DNA of 64,000 nt from Deltaproteobacteria bacterium RBG_16_49_23 (GTDB lineage Bacteria > Desulfobacterota > BSN033 > UBA1163): positions 1,093 through 65,092 of the forward strand of contig MGQQ01000104.1 of assembly GCA_001798855.1 (NCBI GenBank). The letters are read 5' to 3'. A model generated the notes under the pieces. It did no database searches and was not told where the DNA came from. It saw nothing but the letters and a program-made list of their open reading frames with translations. The translations under genes were made by a program, and so were the position numbers. Of this stretch, positions 37,932-48,048 are shown in pieces. How positions within the stretch are numbered: position 1 is the stretch's first letter; every line of letters begins with the position of its first letter.

Positions 37932-38942
37932 ATGCGAGTTTTAGCGATTGAGACGTCGTGTGATGATACCGGGGCGGCGGTTGTTCTGAACGGAAGGAAA
38001 ATCCTCTCCAATGTGGTCTCATCACAGATCTCTGTCCATCAGAAGTACGGTGGAGTCGTTCCGGAGCTGGCTTCGAGAAAACATATCGAAGCAATCGTCC
38101 CCATGGTCAACGAGGCTCTGGAGCGGGCAGGGGTCTCCCTGAAAGAGATCGATGGTATTGCGGTCACTCAGGGGCCAGGTCTTGTGGGGTCCCTCCTGGT
38201 GGGCCTCTCATTTGCGAAATCCTTATCCTTTGCTTCAGGAGCGCCCCTCATAGGAGTGAATCATATTGAAGCGCACCTCTCGGCCATTTTTCTCGAGGAG
38301 AAAGCCCCGCGATTCCCTTTTATCGGTCTGGTGGTTTCCGGGGGCCACACGTCTCTCTTCCGTGTGGATGGGTTCGGAAAATATATAAGATTAGGGCAGA
38401 CGCGAGACGATGCGGCAGGAGAGGCTTTTGATAAAGTCGCAAAACTGCTGGGACTGGGATATCCCGGCGGACCGATCATTGATGAACTTTCGATGACAGG
38501 GAATCCAAAGGCGATCCGGTTTCCAAGGGCCTCCCTCGGGAAGGATTCGTTTGATTTCAGTTTCAGCGGGGTGAAGACAGCAGTAGTCAATTTCGTGAAG
38601 GCTCATCCCGCACCGCCTGGAGGTTTTCCGGAAGAGATGGTCCGCAATATCGTTTCCAGTTTTCAGGAGGCAGTTGTTGATGTCCTGGTGAAAAAGACTT
38701 TTCAGGCGGCCCAACACCAGGGTTTGAAGAGGGTGGTTCTCTCAGGAGGGGTAGCTGCCAATCGGGTTCTCCGGCAAAGAATGGAAGAAGAAGCATCAAA
38801 ACAGAAGATACGGGTCCATATTCCCTCTCCTGCCTTCTGCACGGACAATGCAGCCATGGTGGGTGTGGTTGGATATGAATATTTGAAGCGGGGTGTTCGA
38901 TCACCTTATTCACTCAATGCCTTTTCCAATTTACCACTTTAA
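37932..38942 (+). CDS. tsaD: tRNA N6-adenosine threonylcarbamoyltransferase TsaD
   Basis: MRVLAIETSCDDTGAAVV N-terminus and the typical Kae1/TsaD layout. Confidence 0.92.
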   Translation: MRVLAIETSCDDTGAAVVLNGRKILSNVVSSQISVHQKYGGVVPELASRKHIEAIVPMVNEALERAGVSLKEIDGIAVTQGPGLVGSLLVGLSFAKSLSFASGAPLIGVNHIEAHLSAIFLEEKAPRFPFIGLVVSGGHTSLFRVDGFGKYIRLGQTRDDAAGEAFDKVAKLLGLGYPGGPIIDELSMTGNPKAIRFPRASLGKDSFDFSFSGVKTAVVNFVKAHPAPPGGFPEEMVRNIVSSFQEAVVDVLVKKTFQAAQHQGLKRVVLSGGVAANRVLRQRMEEEASKQKIRVHIPSPAFCTDNAAMVGVVGYEYLKRGVRSPYSLNAFSNLPL

Positions 38943-38949
38943 GATATTG

Positions 38950-39040
38950 CTCCCTCTCCCTTGACGGGAGAGGGTTGGGGTGAGGGTGAAAACGTTTTCC
39001 CCCTCCTCATTATCTCCTCCCGCCAGGGGAGGAGAAATAT
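38950..39040. repeat. Repeat family A element (ctctcccttgacgggagag plus ctcctcccgccaggggaggag)
   Basis: Related to 39929-40024 and 53610-53722. Confidence 0.65.
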
Positions 39041-39065
39041 TTTAGTGAAATATTTGATTGCTTTA

Positions 39066-39905
39066 ATGTCATCCATCCGACAAGAACTCAAAGAATATGG
39101 CTTATCCCCCAGAAAGAGACTCGGTCAGCATTTTCTTGTTGATCGAAACATTTTAGATAAAGTGATTCGGACTGCCGGGGTTCATAAGGAGGATGTGGTT
39201 CTGGAAGTTGGTCCGGGACTCGGCGAGATGACACTTGCATTAGCCCAGAAGGCCGGAAAGGTGATCGCTGTTGAGATCGATTCAAAGCTGGTTGAGATTT
39301 TGAGGAAGAAGATGTCGGATCTCCCCAATGTGAAGATCATTTTTGGAAATATCTTAAGGGTTGATTTCGGCTCGTTATTCCGTCTGGCGGGAAAGCCTCT
39401 GAAAGTCGTGGCCAATCTTCCCTATCAGATTTCAACCCCCCTGCTTTTTCGTTTCATCGAATCAAGGAAGTTCTTTTCCAGCCTGACGCTGATGTTGCAG
39501 AGGGAGGTGGTTGAACGGATGATCTCCCCTCCCGGCGTGAAAGGGTATGGCGCCTTATCCATCTTTATCCAGATGGTTTCCCATCCATCCATCCAATTTT
39601 TTATCAAACCTTCTGCCTTCTTTCCTCCTCCCAAAGTTGAATCCGCTGTTGTCCAAATCGTCTGGAGAGATGATTTGATGGTTAAAGCGGAGGATGAGGA
39701 TTGGTTCAAAAAAGTGGTGAAGGCAAGCTTTAGCCATCGGAGAAAAACACTGATCAATTCCCTGAAACACTCCGGCCTTTCTCTCCCTCCCTTGCCGGAG
39801 AAGAAAATGGAGGCGATAGGGATTGACCCCCAAAGAAGGCCTGAAACCCTTTCCCTAAATGAATTTGTCCATCTATCAGAGGTTCTTATGGACAATGGAC
39901 GTTGA
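39066..39905 (+). CDS. rsmA: 16S rRNA (adenine1518/1519-N6)-dimethyltransferase RsmA/KsgA
   Basis: KRLGQHFLVD and VLEVGPGLGEMT SAM-binding motifs. The start was moved to ATG 39066 because the ORF-track start lies in a repeat. Confidence 0.9.
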   Translation: MSSIRQELKEYGLSPRKRLGQHFLVDRNILDKVIRTAGVHKEDVVLEVGPGLGEMTLALAQKAGKVIAVEIDSKLVEILRKKMSDLPNVKIIFGNILRVDFGSLFRLAGKPLKVVANLPYQISTPLLFRFIESRKFFSSLTLMLQREVVERMISPPGVKGYGALSIFIQMVSHPSIQFFIKPSAFFPPPKVESAVVQIVWRDDLMVKAEDEDWFKKVVKASFSHRRKTLINSLKHSGLSLPPLPEKKMEAIGIDPQRRPETLSLNEFVHLSEVLMDNGR

Positions 39906-39928
39906 ACGATGGGAATGACTAAGTATTA

Positions 39929-40024
39929 CCCTCCCCCTTGACGGGGGAGGGTAAGGGTGGGGGTGATGCATGAGTCCCCCCTCACCTCAATCCTCTCCCG
40001 CAAAGGGGAGAGGAAGTATTTTAG
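39929..40024. repeat. Repeat family A element
   Basis: ccctcccccttgacgggggagggtaagggtgggggtga...cctctcccgcaaaggggagagg. Confidence 0.65.
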
Positions 40025-40121
40025 GCGGCTATTTTCCATGTAAGTGGAAAAGGTAGATTCTATTTGAAAATTCCCTGAGGGATGATTATTTTAAATTGAA
40101 ATTGTCGCGGGGGGTACCATA

Positions 40122-42713
40122 ATGAATATAGACAAATTGACTTTAAAAGCTCAGGAGGCGTTGCAGGCCGCCAAAGGTGTCGCTGAGCAGAGAAGCCATC
40201 AGCAGATCGATGTGGAGCAGCTTCTGTACGCCCTTCTGATGCAAAAAGAGGGGATCGTGATTCCCATCATCCAGAAACTGGGGGCCAATCCGAATCTCAT
40301 CGCCTCCCAACTGGAAGTGGAATTAAATCGCATTCCCAAGGTGACCGGGGCCGGAGTAGGGCAGGCCTACCTTTCGAGCCGGCTCAATGAGATCTTGAAT
40401 GCGGCCTGGAAAGAGGCTGAGAGATTGACGGATGAGTATCTTTCCACCGAGCACCTCCTCATTGCCATTGCCGATGAAAAGGGGGGCGCGGCCTCGCAAA
40501 TCCTCCAGAGAAACGGGGTGACGAAGGACGCCATCTTCAGGGTGATGCAGGAGATCCGTGGATCTCACCGGGTGACCGACCAGAACCCGGAAGAGAAGTA
40601 TCAGGCCCTGAAGCGGTACAGCAGGGACCTCACAGAAGAGGCAAGAAAGGGAAAGCTCGATCCTGTGATCGGGAGGGACGATGAGATCCGGAGGGTCGTT
40701 CAGGTTCTCTCACGGAGGACGAAGAATAATCCGGTCCTGATCGGCGAGCCGGGAGTGGGGAAGACAGCGATTGTCGAGGGGCTGGCCCAGAGAATCGTCA
40801 AGGGCGATATCCCCGAGACCCTGAAGAACAAGAGACTGGTTGCGCTCGATCTGGGCGCCCTGATCGCCGGCGCGAAATTCCGAGGAGAGTTCGAAGAGAG
40901 ATTGAAGGCTGTTCTAAAAGAAATCACATCGGCCGCAGGCAATATCATCCTCTTCATTGATGAGCTCCATACACTGGTGGGGGCCGGCGCCGCAGAAGGA
41001 GCGATCGATGCCTCCAATATGCTCAAGCCCGCCCTGGCAAGGGGGGAGTTGCGGTGTGTGGGCGCCACCACGCTCAACGAATACAGGAAGTATGTGGAGA
41101 AGGATGCCGCCCTTGAGAGGAGATTTCAGCCGATCTTTGTGGCCCAGCCTTCGGTAGAGGATACGATTGCGATCTTAAGAGGATTGAAGGAGAGATACGA
41201 GGTCCACCACGGCGTCAAGATCAAGGACTCGGCCATCATTTCCGCCGCCATGCTCTCCCACCGTTACATCTCGGACCGCTTCCTTCCGGATAAGGCGGTC
41301 GATCTGATCGATGAGGCGGCATCGAAGCTGAGAATCGAGATCGACAGCGTGCCCATGGAGATCGACGAGGTCCAGCGAAGGGTGATGCAGCTTGAGATTG
41401 AGCGGCAGGCCCTGAAGAAAGAGAAGGATAAAGCCTCTGTCGAGAGATTGAAGAAGCTTGAGGAGGAGCTGGCAGATCTGAAGAACGATGTCCAGGAGAA
41501 AAAACTGAGGTGGGAGACCGAGAAGAAGGCCATTTCGCGAATTCGGCAGATCAAGGAACAGATAGAGAAGACGAAACAGATGATGAAGGAGGCGGAGCGC
41601 GAGGCCGACTACTCGAAGCTGGCCGAGTTGCAATATGGCGAGATGACCCACTTCGAAAAGGAGCAGAAACAGGAAGAGGAGAGACTTGCCGGGATTCAGA
41701 AGGCAGGAAAGATGCTCAAAGAGGAAGTGGATGAAGAGGATGTGGCTGAGGTCGTCTCCAAATGGACGGGCATTCCTGTCTCAAAGATGCTGGAAGGGGA
41801 AGTGGAGAAACTGATCCGCATGGAGGAGAGGCTGAGGCAGAGGGTGGTGGGCCAGGAGGATGCGATTGTTGCCGTCTCGAATGCAGTGCGGAGGGCAAGG
41901 GCAGGGTTGCAGGATCCCAACCGGCCCATCGGCTCCTTCATTTTTATGGGGCCGACCGGTGTGGGAAAGACAGAGCTGGCCCGCGCCCTGGCCGAATTTC
42001 TCTTCGATGATGAGCAGGCCATGGTCAGGATCGACATGTCCGAATTTATGGAGAAGCATTCCGTGGCGCGGCTCATCGGAGCGCCGCCCGGATATGTGGG
42101 CTATGAGGAAGGAGGATTTCTGACGGAGGCGGTCAGGAGAAGACCTTACTCCATTGTCCTGATGGATGAAATTGAGAAAGCCCATGCGGAGGTATTCAAC
42201 ATTCTTCTTCAGATTCTCGATGACGGGCGGTTGACCGATGGGCACGGAAGGACAGTCGATTTTAAGAATACGGTGGTGATCATGACTTCCAACATCGGAA
42301 GCCAGTGGATCGTGGATCTGGGAGAGAAAGATTATGAGGAGATGAGGCGGCGGGTGATGGAAGCGGTGAAGGTCCAGTTTAAACCGGAATTTCTGAATCG
42401 GGTTGATGAGTTGATCATCTTCCATGGTCTCGGAATGGAAGAGATTAAAGCAATCGTTGAAATTCAGGCAAAAAAACTTGAAAAGAGATTGCTCGAAAGG
42501 CGGATAGCCCTGAAGATGACCGAAAAAGCAAAGGAATTTCTTGCAAAAGAAGGATTCGATCCTGCTTATGGCGCCCGTCCACTTAAGCGTGTGATTCAAA
42601 AGGAGGTTCAGGATAGACTGGCAATGAAAATATTGGAAGGCAAATTTAAGGAAGGGGATACGATCATCGTGGACATGGATAACAGGAAAGGGGAACTGGT
42701 ATTCAAGGCATAG
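40122..42713 (+). CDS. clpB: Chaperone ClpB
   Basis: Two AAA+ modules (GEPGVGKT; GPTGVGKT) separated by a long coiled-coil middle domain. 863 aa. Confidence 0.95.
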   Translation: MNIDKLTLKAQEALQAAKGVAEQRSHQQIDVEQLLYALLMQKEGIVIPIIQKLGANPNLIASQLEVELNRIPKVTGAGVGQAYLSSRLNEILNAAWKEAERLTDEYLSTEHLLIAIADEKGGAASQILQRNGVTKDAIFRVMQEIRGSHRVTDQNPEEKYQALKRYSRDLTEEARKGKLDPVIGRDDEIRRVVQVLSRRTKNNPVLIGEPGVGKTAIVEGLAQRIVKGDIPETLKNKRLVALDLGALIAGAKFRGEFEERLKAVLKEITSAAGNIILFIDELHTLVGAGAAEGAIDASNMLKPALARGELRCVGATTLNEYRKYVEKDAALERRFQPIFVAQPSVEDTIAILRGLKERYEVHHGVKIKDSAIISAAMLSHRYISDRFLPDKAVDLIDEAASKLRIEIDSVPMEIDEVQRRVMQLEIERQALKKEKDKASVERLKKLEEELADLKNDVQEKKLRWETEKKAISRIRQIKEQIEKTKQMMKEAEREADYSKLAELQYGEMTHFEKEQKQEEERLAGIQKAGKMLKEEVDEEDVAEVVSKWTGIPVSKMLEGEVEKLIRMEERLRQRVVGQEDAIVAVSNAVRRARAGLQDPNRPIGSFIFMGPTGVGKTELARALAEFLFDDEQAMVRIDMSEFMEKHSVARLIGAPPGYVGYEEGGFLTEAVRRRPYSIVLMDEIEKAHAEVFNILLQILDDGRLTDGHGRTVDFKNTVVIMTSNIGSQWIVDLGEKDYEEMRRRVMEAVKVQFKPEFLNRVDELIIFHGLGMEEIKAIVEIQAKKLEKRLLERRIALKMTEKAKEFLAKEGFDPAYGARPLKRVIQKEVQDRLAMKILEGKFKEGDTIIVDMDNRKGELVFKA

Positions 42714-42809
42714 AGCGATAACTTAATAATTTTCTTGACAATAATCAAAAAAGCGGCTATACATACAGGGAAATTTGAATGGTTGTTGAAGTGCAAGGAG
42801 GAGGTTATT

Positions 42810-42884
42810 AGGCACGTAGCTCAGGGGGAGAGCGCTACCTTGACGCGGTAGAAGTCTGGGGTTCAAATCCCCACGTGCCTACCA
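42810..42884 (+). tRNA. tRNA-Val (anticodon GAC)
   Basis: Manual cloverleaf fold: acceptor aggcacg/cgtgcct, D-stem gctc/gagc, anticodon stem ctacc/ggtag with loop ttGACgc, T-arm tgggg-ttcaaat-cccca, 3' ACCA. Confidence 0.85.
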
Positions 42885-42897
42885 TTTTAACCTGTTT

Positions 42898-42966
42898 ACC
42901 CCGTTAGAAATAATGCCCCGCTTCTCTGTAGCGGGGTTCAATGCCCCGCTGGAATTTCTAACGGGG
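42898..42966. repeat. Repeat family C hairpin element (ccccgttagaaa ... tttctaacgggg)
   Basis: Outer 12-bp inverted termini with an inner ccccgcttctctgtagcgggg hairpin. Copies at 37738 and within pheT at 48105. Confidence 0.7.
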
Positions 42967-43023
42967 TTTATTAAGAAGTGGAAGATAAGTTATTGAGAAA
43001 AAAGACTTTTTAAGACAAAAAAA

Positions 43024-43068
43024 TTGAAGAGGCATCATTCATTTTGCTCGTGGGTGATGCCTCTTCAA
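43024..43068 (+). promoter_or_regulatory. Perfect 14-bp-stem hairpin in the thrS leader
   Basis: ttgaagaggcatca-N17-tgatgcctcttcaa followed by tttcaattc. It ends 18 nt before the thrS ATG. Confidence 0.35.
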
Positions 43069-43085
43069 TTTCAATTCAGACGGAA

Positions 43086-44972
43086 ATGGAAGAGAGCATC
43101 ACAATCTCATTGCCCGATGGTGTAAAGAGAATCGTACCCAAAGGAACGAAACTCATCGAATTTGCCGATGAAGGGGCAGCAGCCGCTCAGATGGACGGCG
43201 CCCTGGTGGACCTTTCGAAATCACTGGAAAGAGATGCGTCGATCTCTTTCATCTCCGTCCATTCGAGAAAGGGGCTTGAGATTTTACGCCATTCCGCCGC
43301 TCATGTGATGGCGCAGGCGGTGAAAGAACTTTTCCCTTCTGTGAAGCTCACTTTTGGTCCATCGACGGAAAGCGGTTACTATTACGACTTCGATTATGAG
43401 AAGACCTTTACTCCCCAGGATCTCGAGTCCATTGAAAAGAGAATGGAAGAGATCGTCAAAAAGGATGAGCCCTTTATTCGAAATGAGGTTTCAAAGGAGG
43501 AGGCCGTCTTAACATTTAAAAAGATGGGAGAAGATTATAAAGTGGAGCACCTCGAAGACCTTCCTCATCGTGTCTCTCTCTATCGCCACGGTTCTTTCGT
43601 AGATCTGTGCGAGGGGCCCCACCTTCCCTCAACCGGGAAGATCAAGGCGTTCAAGCTCTTAAATGTATCAGGAACCTACTGGCGGGGAGATGCCCGGAAT
43701 CAGGTGCTTCAGCGGATTTACGGAACAGCGTTCCCGGATGCTCAGGGGTTGAAAGATTATCTGCATATGCTTGAGGAGGCCAGGAAACGGGATCACCGGA
43801 AGCTGGGAAGAGAACTCGATCTTTTTAGCCTCAGTGAGGAGGCCGGTCCGGGTCTGGTAATCTATCATCCCAGGGGCGCCCTCCTCAGGACGACCCTGGA
43901 AGATTTTGAGAGAAAGGAACATCTGAAGCGGGGCTATCAGATCGTCATCGGTCCCCAGCTTCTCAAACTGGATCTGTGGAAGCGATCCGGACATTTTGAA
44001 AACTACCGGGACAAGATGTATTTCACCAAGGTGGAGGATGCGGAATACGGAATTAAACCCATGAACTGCCTGGCTCATATGTTGATCTATAAATCGCAGA
44101 TCAGAAGCTATCGGGATCTTCCTCTTCGCTACTTTGAATTAGGCACGGTCCATCGCCATGAAAAATCCGGGGAACTCCACGGGCTTCTTCGGGTGAGAGG
44201 TTTTACTCAGGACGATGCCCATATCCTCTGCCGCCCGGATCAACTGAACGATGAGATCTATGCGATCATTGAATTCGTCGATGATGTGATGAAGGTTTTC
44301 GGTTTCGAATACGAGATGGAGTTGTCCACCCGGCCGGAGAAGTCCATTGGAACCGATGAAGACTGGGAGAAAGCGACCGAGGCCTTGTTCAATACCCTCA
44401 AGGGGAAGAATCTTCCCTTTGAGATCAACGAAGGGGACGGAGCCTTTTATGGTCCCAAGATCGATGTGAAGCTCAAGGATGCCCTGAACCGGAGGTGGCA
44501 ATGCGCCACCATTCAGGCTGACTTCGCCATGCCCGAGAGATTCGATCTCACCTATATCGGAAGCGATGGAGAGCGGCACCGGCCTGTGATGCTCCACCGT
44601 GTGATCCTCGGAGCCATGGAGAGGTTTATCGGAGTGCTGATCGAGCATTATGCCGGGGCTTTTCCTGTCTGGCTCGCCCCTGTCCAGGCCATCCTTCTGA
44701 CGGTGACGGAACGGCATATCCCCTATGCGGAGAAGGTATATCACCAGTTGATCCGGAAGGGGATCCGGGTCGAAAGGGATTTCAGGAATGAGAAGTTGGG
44801 ATTTAAAGTCCGTGAGGCGCAGGTTCAGAAGATTCCCTATATGCTGGTGATAGGCGATCGGGAAGAGAAGGAGGAGACTGTCTCTCCACGTAAACGGAGC
44901 GGCGAAACGATCGGCTCAATGAGCGCGGAGGACTTGATCCGCCTGGTCGAATCGGATTATCCAAATTTGTAA
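43086..44972 (+). CDS. thrS: Threonine--tRNA ligase
   Basis: TGS domain N-terminus (ITISLPDG), class II motifs and an [11 protein letters not shown] zinc site. Confidence 0.93.
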   Translation: MEESITISLPDGVKRIVPKGTKLIEFADEGAAAAQMDGALVDLSKSLERDASISFISVHSRKGLEILRHSAAHVMAQAVKELFPSVKLTFGPSTESGYYYDFDYEKTFTPQDLESIEKRMEEIVKKDEPFIRNEVSKEEAVLTFKKMGEDYKVEHLEDLPHRVSLYRHGSFVDLCEGPHLPSTGKIKAFKLLNVSGTYWRGDARNQVLQRIYGTAFPDAQGLKDYLHMLEEARKRDHRKLGRELDLFSLSEEAGPGLVIYHPRGALLRTTLEDFERKEHLKRGYQIVIGPQLLKLDLWKRSGHFENYRDKMYFTKVEDAEYGIKPMNCLAHMLIYKSQIRSYRDLPLRYFELGTVHRHEKSGELHGLLRVRGFTQDDAHILCRPDQLNDEIYAIIEFVDDVMKVFGFEYEMELSTRPEKSIGTDEDWEKATEALFNTLKGKNLPFEINEGDGAFYGPKIDVKLKDALNRRWQCATIQADFAMPERFDLTYIGSDGERHRPVMLHRVILGAMERFIGVLIEHYAGAFPVWLAPVQAILLTVTERHIPYAEKVYHQLIRKGIRVERDFRNEKLGFKVREAQVQKIPYMLVIGDREEKEETVSPRKRSGETIGSMSAEDLIRLVESDYPNL

Positions 44973-45180
44973 CTCCCCTTTCCTCCCTTTGCCCTCCGGG
45001 TCGGAGACCACTCTGGGTCGGAGACCAAAGGGAGGAATTACCCCTCTTTGGTAAAGAGGGGCGACCTGCCTGCGCGAAGCCCCGCCTCCAGAAGCCTTGC
45101 GGAGGGCAGGCGCTTCGGCGAAGGCAGGGGGGAGATTTTCAGAAGAGTATGTCTTCTCAATTATGGACTCCTTAGTAAAA
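44973..45180. repeat. Composite repeat: family A core plus inverted family H arm
   Basis: cccctttcctccctttgccctccgggtcggagacc...cctgcctgcgcgaagcc..ggcgaaggcaggggggagatttt then cagaagagtatgtcttctcaattatggactcc. Confidence 0.65.
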
Positions 45181-45202
45181 TCAAAAATTAAAATAGAAGG
45201 AG

Positions 45203-45736
45203 GTGGGATTTATCAGTAGGGATGTACGCGTTAATCGCGAGATTCGGGCGAGGGAAGTCAGGGTGATCGACTCTGAAGGAAAACAGTTGGGGATTTTGCC
45301 GTTGGTAGAGGCCCTTCGGGCGGCTGTCAATGCCGATTTGGACCTGGTGGAGGTTTCGCCGAAATCAGATCCGCCGGTCTGCCGCATCATGGACTTTGGG
45401 AAGTTCAAATATCAGCAGAGCAAAAAGGCCCACGGGGCGAAGAAGAAACAGGCTGTGGTCCATCTCAAGGAAGTGAAGTTGAGGTCCAAGACAGAGGAAC
45501 ACGACCTCCAGTTTAAGCTCCGGCATATGGAGCGTTTTTTAAAAGAGGGGAATAAGATTAAGGTCACCATCATCTTCAGGGGAAGGGAGATCGCCCATTC
45601 CGACCTGGGAAAGCAGATGATGGCACGGGTGGCAGAACAGGCGAAAGAATGGGGTAAAATCGAACAGCCTGCTAAGTTTGAAGGCAGAAATTATGTGATG
45701 ATCCTGGCTCCCCTGCCGAGCCAGAAGCCAGCATAA
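45203..45736 (+). CDS. infC: Translation initiation factor IF-3
   Basis: INREIRAREVRVIDSEG...LDLVEVSP. A non-ATG start (GTG 45203) is typical for infC. Confidence 0.9.
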   Translation: MGFISRDVRVNREIRAREVRVIDSEGKQLGILPLVEALRAAVNADLDLVEVSPKSDPPVCRIMDFGKFKYQQSKKAHGAKKKQAVVHLKEVKLRSKTEEHDLQFKLRHMERFLKEGNKIKVTIIFRGREIAHSDLGKQMMARVAEQAKEWGKIEQPAKFEGRNYVMILAPLPSQKPA

Positions 45737-45802
45737 TCTTCAATTGCCGAATGCTGAATGCGGATTGCGGAGTAAAATAAACAATCAGTTTTTAATTCTG
45801 AA

Positions 45803-45880
45803 TTCCGCACTTCCCCTTGTCATAAGGGAAAGAGTAACCCCCCTTCATCCCCCCTTAAATTAAGGGGGGACAGAGGGGAG
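45803..45880. repeat. Repeat family A-like hairpins
   Basis: ccccttgtcataagggaaag and cccccttaaattaagggggg. Confidence 0.5.
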
Positions 45881-45917
45881 TTAATGAGACTGTGATTGAT
45901 ATCAAAAGGAGGTCACT

Positions 45918-46115
45918 GTGCCAAAATTAAAGACGAACCGGGGAGCGGCAAAACGATTTAAAAAGACCGGGACCGGAAAAGTGAAGGCGAAGAGCGCGTT
46001 TGCCAGGCATATCCTGACAAAGAAGTCGGCCAGCCGGAAGCGAGGCCTCAGAAGGCCCAAGATGGTCAGCAAGACAAATGTGAAAGGGATCGAGAGAATG
46101 CTCCCCTATATTTAA
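45918..46115 (+). CDS. rpmI: 50S ribosomal protein L35
   Basis: [21 protein letters not shown]. Confidence 0.92.
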   Translation: MPKLKTNRGAAKRFKKTGTGKVKAKSAFARHILTKKSASRKRGLRRPKMVSKTNVKGIERMLPYI

Positions 46116-46117
46116 GC

Positions 46118-46300
46118 AAAAATATTTGAAATTTCCCCAATATTATCCCTCCCCCTTTGACGGGGGAGGGTGAGGGTGGGGGGGGACGAAAGAAACTAAA
46201 TTCTCCCTCCCCTTCATCCCCTCCACCAGGGGAGGGGAGATTTTTTTGGGATTTTTCTGTATGTTAGAGATAAAATCTCAGAATTCAATTTGTAAGGCTA
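46118..46300. repeat. ~170-bp repeat, copy 1 (family J), between rpmI and rplT
   Basis: aatatttgaaatttcccc...ccctccccctttgacgggggagggtgagggtgg...ggggaggggagattttt...ttagagataaaatctcag is near-identical in order and sequence to 51748-51930. Confidence 0.7.
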
Positions 46301-46353
46301 ATGAGTTTGAAGGAAATGATTGATCTTACTTTATTTCAGGAGGATGAACGACG

Positions 46354-46728
46354 ATGCCACGGGTAAAAGGTGGACCGAAGACCAAAGCGAGAAGAAAAAA
46401 GGTCCTAAAAATGGCCAAAGGCTATGTGGGAGGAAGGAGCCGGCTCTATCGGACAGCCGTGGATGCTGTCCATCGTGCCCTTGCTTATGCTTATCGGGAC
46501 CGCAGGACAAGGAAGAGGGATTTTAGGAGGTTGTGGATCACCCGGATCAATGCAGCGGCAAGGATCCACGGCCTTTCATACAGCCGTCTGATGGATGCCT
46601 TGAAGAAAGCCCATATCGAATTGGACCGGAAGATATTGGCCGATCTGGCAGTGAGCGACCCCGGCGCCTTTTTGAAGATTGTTGATCTGGCCAAAGCCGG
46701 CGTTGGGACAACGAACATTAAACGATGA
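46354..46728 (+). CDS. rplT: 50S ribosomal protein L20
   Basis: [24 protein letters not shown]. Confidence 0.92.
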   Translation: MPRVKGGPKTKARRKKVLKMAKGYVGGRSRLYRTAVDAVHRALAYAYRDRRTRKRDFRRLWITRINAAARIHGLSYSRLMDALKKAHIELDRKILADLAVSDPGAFLKIVDLAKAGVGTTNIKR

Positions 46729-46748
46729 ACTGTGAACCAAACCCACTG

Positions 46749-46870
46749 GAAGGATGGAATAATAGAAAAAGAGAGAAAATGGAACAATGGAATAGTGGAA
46801 TAATGGAACAATGGGAAGTACGAAATCCAAATAGGTTTACCTAACATTCCAATATTCCAATCTTCCATCT
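46749..46870. repeat. Repeat family B copy
   Basis: ggaaggatggaataatag...ggaacaatggaatagtggaataatggaacaatggg ... cattccaatattccaatcttcc. Confidence 0.7.
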
Positions 46871-46881
46871 ATGTTCCTCAG

Positions 46882-47922
46882 GTGGGTCTTCAAAGGAAGA
46901 GATCGTTGAAAGAAGAGCTGGAAAAGATTCGAGAGGAGTGCCAGGCCGCCCTCTCTCTGGCCAAGACGGAGCCGGAGATCTCCGAAATCCGGATCAGGAT
47001 ATTGGGGAGGAAGGGAAGCCTGACCCAACTACTCAAGCGTTTGGGAACGCTTCCCGAAGCTGAGCGAAGAGAGATCGGCCGAAGGGCGAATGAGATCAAA
47101 GAGGATCTGGAGGCAAGGATTGAGGAAGGTCTCCTCCATATCCAGGAACACGAGAGAAGGGAATCGCTTGAAAAGGAGAGGATCGATGTGACCCTTCCAG
47201 GCAGGAGGATGGTTTCCGGAAGAAAGCATCCCCTCACCCAAATCCTCGATGAGATCATCCATATCTTCTCGCGGCTGGGCTTTGAGGTGGTTGAAGGCCC
47301 GGAAGTGGAACTGGACTATTACAATTTTGAAGCCCTCAACATTCCAAAGGGACATCCCGCCAGGGAGATGCAGGCCACCTTCTTTATTTCGGAGGATGTG
47401 GTTTTGAGAACGCATACCTCGCCTGTCCAGGTAAGGACAATGGAAAAAAAGAGGCCGCCTGTCCGCATGATCTGTCCGGGAGCGGTCTACCGTTGCGATT
47501 CGGATCCGACACACTCTCCCATGTTTCATCAGGTCGAAGGCCTCCTGGTGGACAGGGGAATCACGTTTTCCGACCTTAAAGGCGTATTAACCGTCTTTGT
47601 CCACCAGATGTTTGGAAGAGAGACAAGACTGAGGTTCCGTCCCAGTTTCTTTCCCTTCACGGAGCCGAGCGCGGAGATCGACATCGAGTGCTTTATTTGC
47701 GGGGGAAAGGGATGCGGGGTCTGCTCAAACACGGGATGGCTCGAAATTTTAGGCTCCGGCATGGTCGATCCGGCGGTCTACCGGTTCGTGGACTACGACC
47801 CTGAAGAGGTGACCGGCTTTGCCTTTGGCATGGGGATCGAGCGGATTGCGATGCTGAAGTATGGCATCAACGACATCCGCCTTTTCTTTACAAACGATCT
47901 GAGGTTCCTTAGACAATTCTGA
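46882..47922 (+). CDS. pheS: Phenylalanine--tRNA ligase alpha subunit
   Basis: Class II motifs ([14 protein letters not shown]; [20 protein letters not shown]). Confidence 0.93.
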   Translation: MGLQRKRSLKEELEKIREECQAALSLAKTEPEISEIRIRILGRKGSLTQLLKRLGTLPEAERREIGRRANEIKEDLEARIEEGLLHIQEHERRESLEKERIDVTLPGRRMVSGRKHPLTQILDEIIHIFSRLGFEVVEGPEVELDYYNFEALNIPKGHPAREMQATFFISEDVVLRTHTSPVQVRTMEKKRPPVRMICPGAVYRCDSDPTHSPMFHQVEGLLVDRGITFSDLKGVLTVFVHQMFGRETRLRFRPSFFPFTEPSAEIDIECFICGGKGCGVCSNTGWLEILGSGMVDPAVYRFVDYDPEEVTGFAFGMGIERIAMLKYGINDIRLFFTNDLRFLRQF

Positions 47923-47945
47923 GAGAAGGAAATTCGAAAGTCCGT

Positions 47946-48048
47946 GAGAGCGTAAGGCGCAAGTCGCAAGGGGTTTAAACTCCTTACCCCTAACGCCTTA
48001 CACCTAACGAATAGAAGATTTCGATATTCGGATTTAGGATTTAGGGGC
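47946..48048. repeat. Repeat family E, copy 1, upstream of pheT
   Basis: gagagcgtaaggcgcaagtcgcaaggggtttaaactccttacccctaacgccttacacctaacgaatagaa is ~93% identical to the reverse complement of 50646-50714. It is followed by ttcgatattcggatttaggatttagggg. Confidence 0.75.

Noticed and set aside
38961-39065. ORF-track start of rsmA at 38961. The same issue occurs for thrS at 43044 and pcm at 33238.
   Set aside because: These starts fall inside repeat elements or hairpins. Conserved N-terminal motifs indicate downstream ATG starts at 39066, 43086 and 33268.
41175-42599. Long antisense ORFs (158 and 272 aa) inside clpB
   Set aside because: They lie entirely antisense to a confidently assigned ClpB gene. 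Their low-complexity composition is typical of spurious ORFs in GC-rich coding DNA.
44973-46300. Clusters of short GC-rich palindromes resembling CRISPR repeats
   Set aside because: They are irregularly spaced, heterogeneous in sequence, lack unique spacers of constant length, and are scattered between housekeeping genes. This fits REP/MITE-like elements instead.
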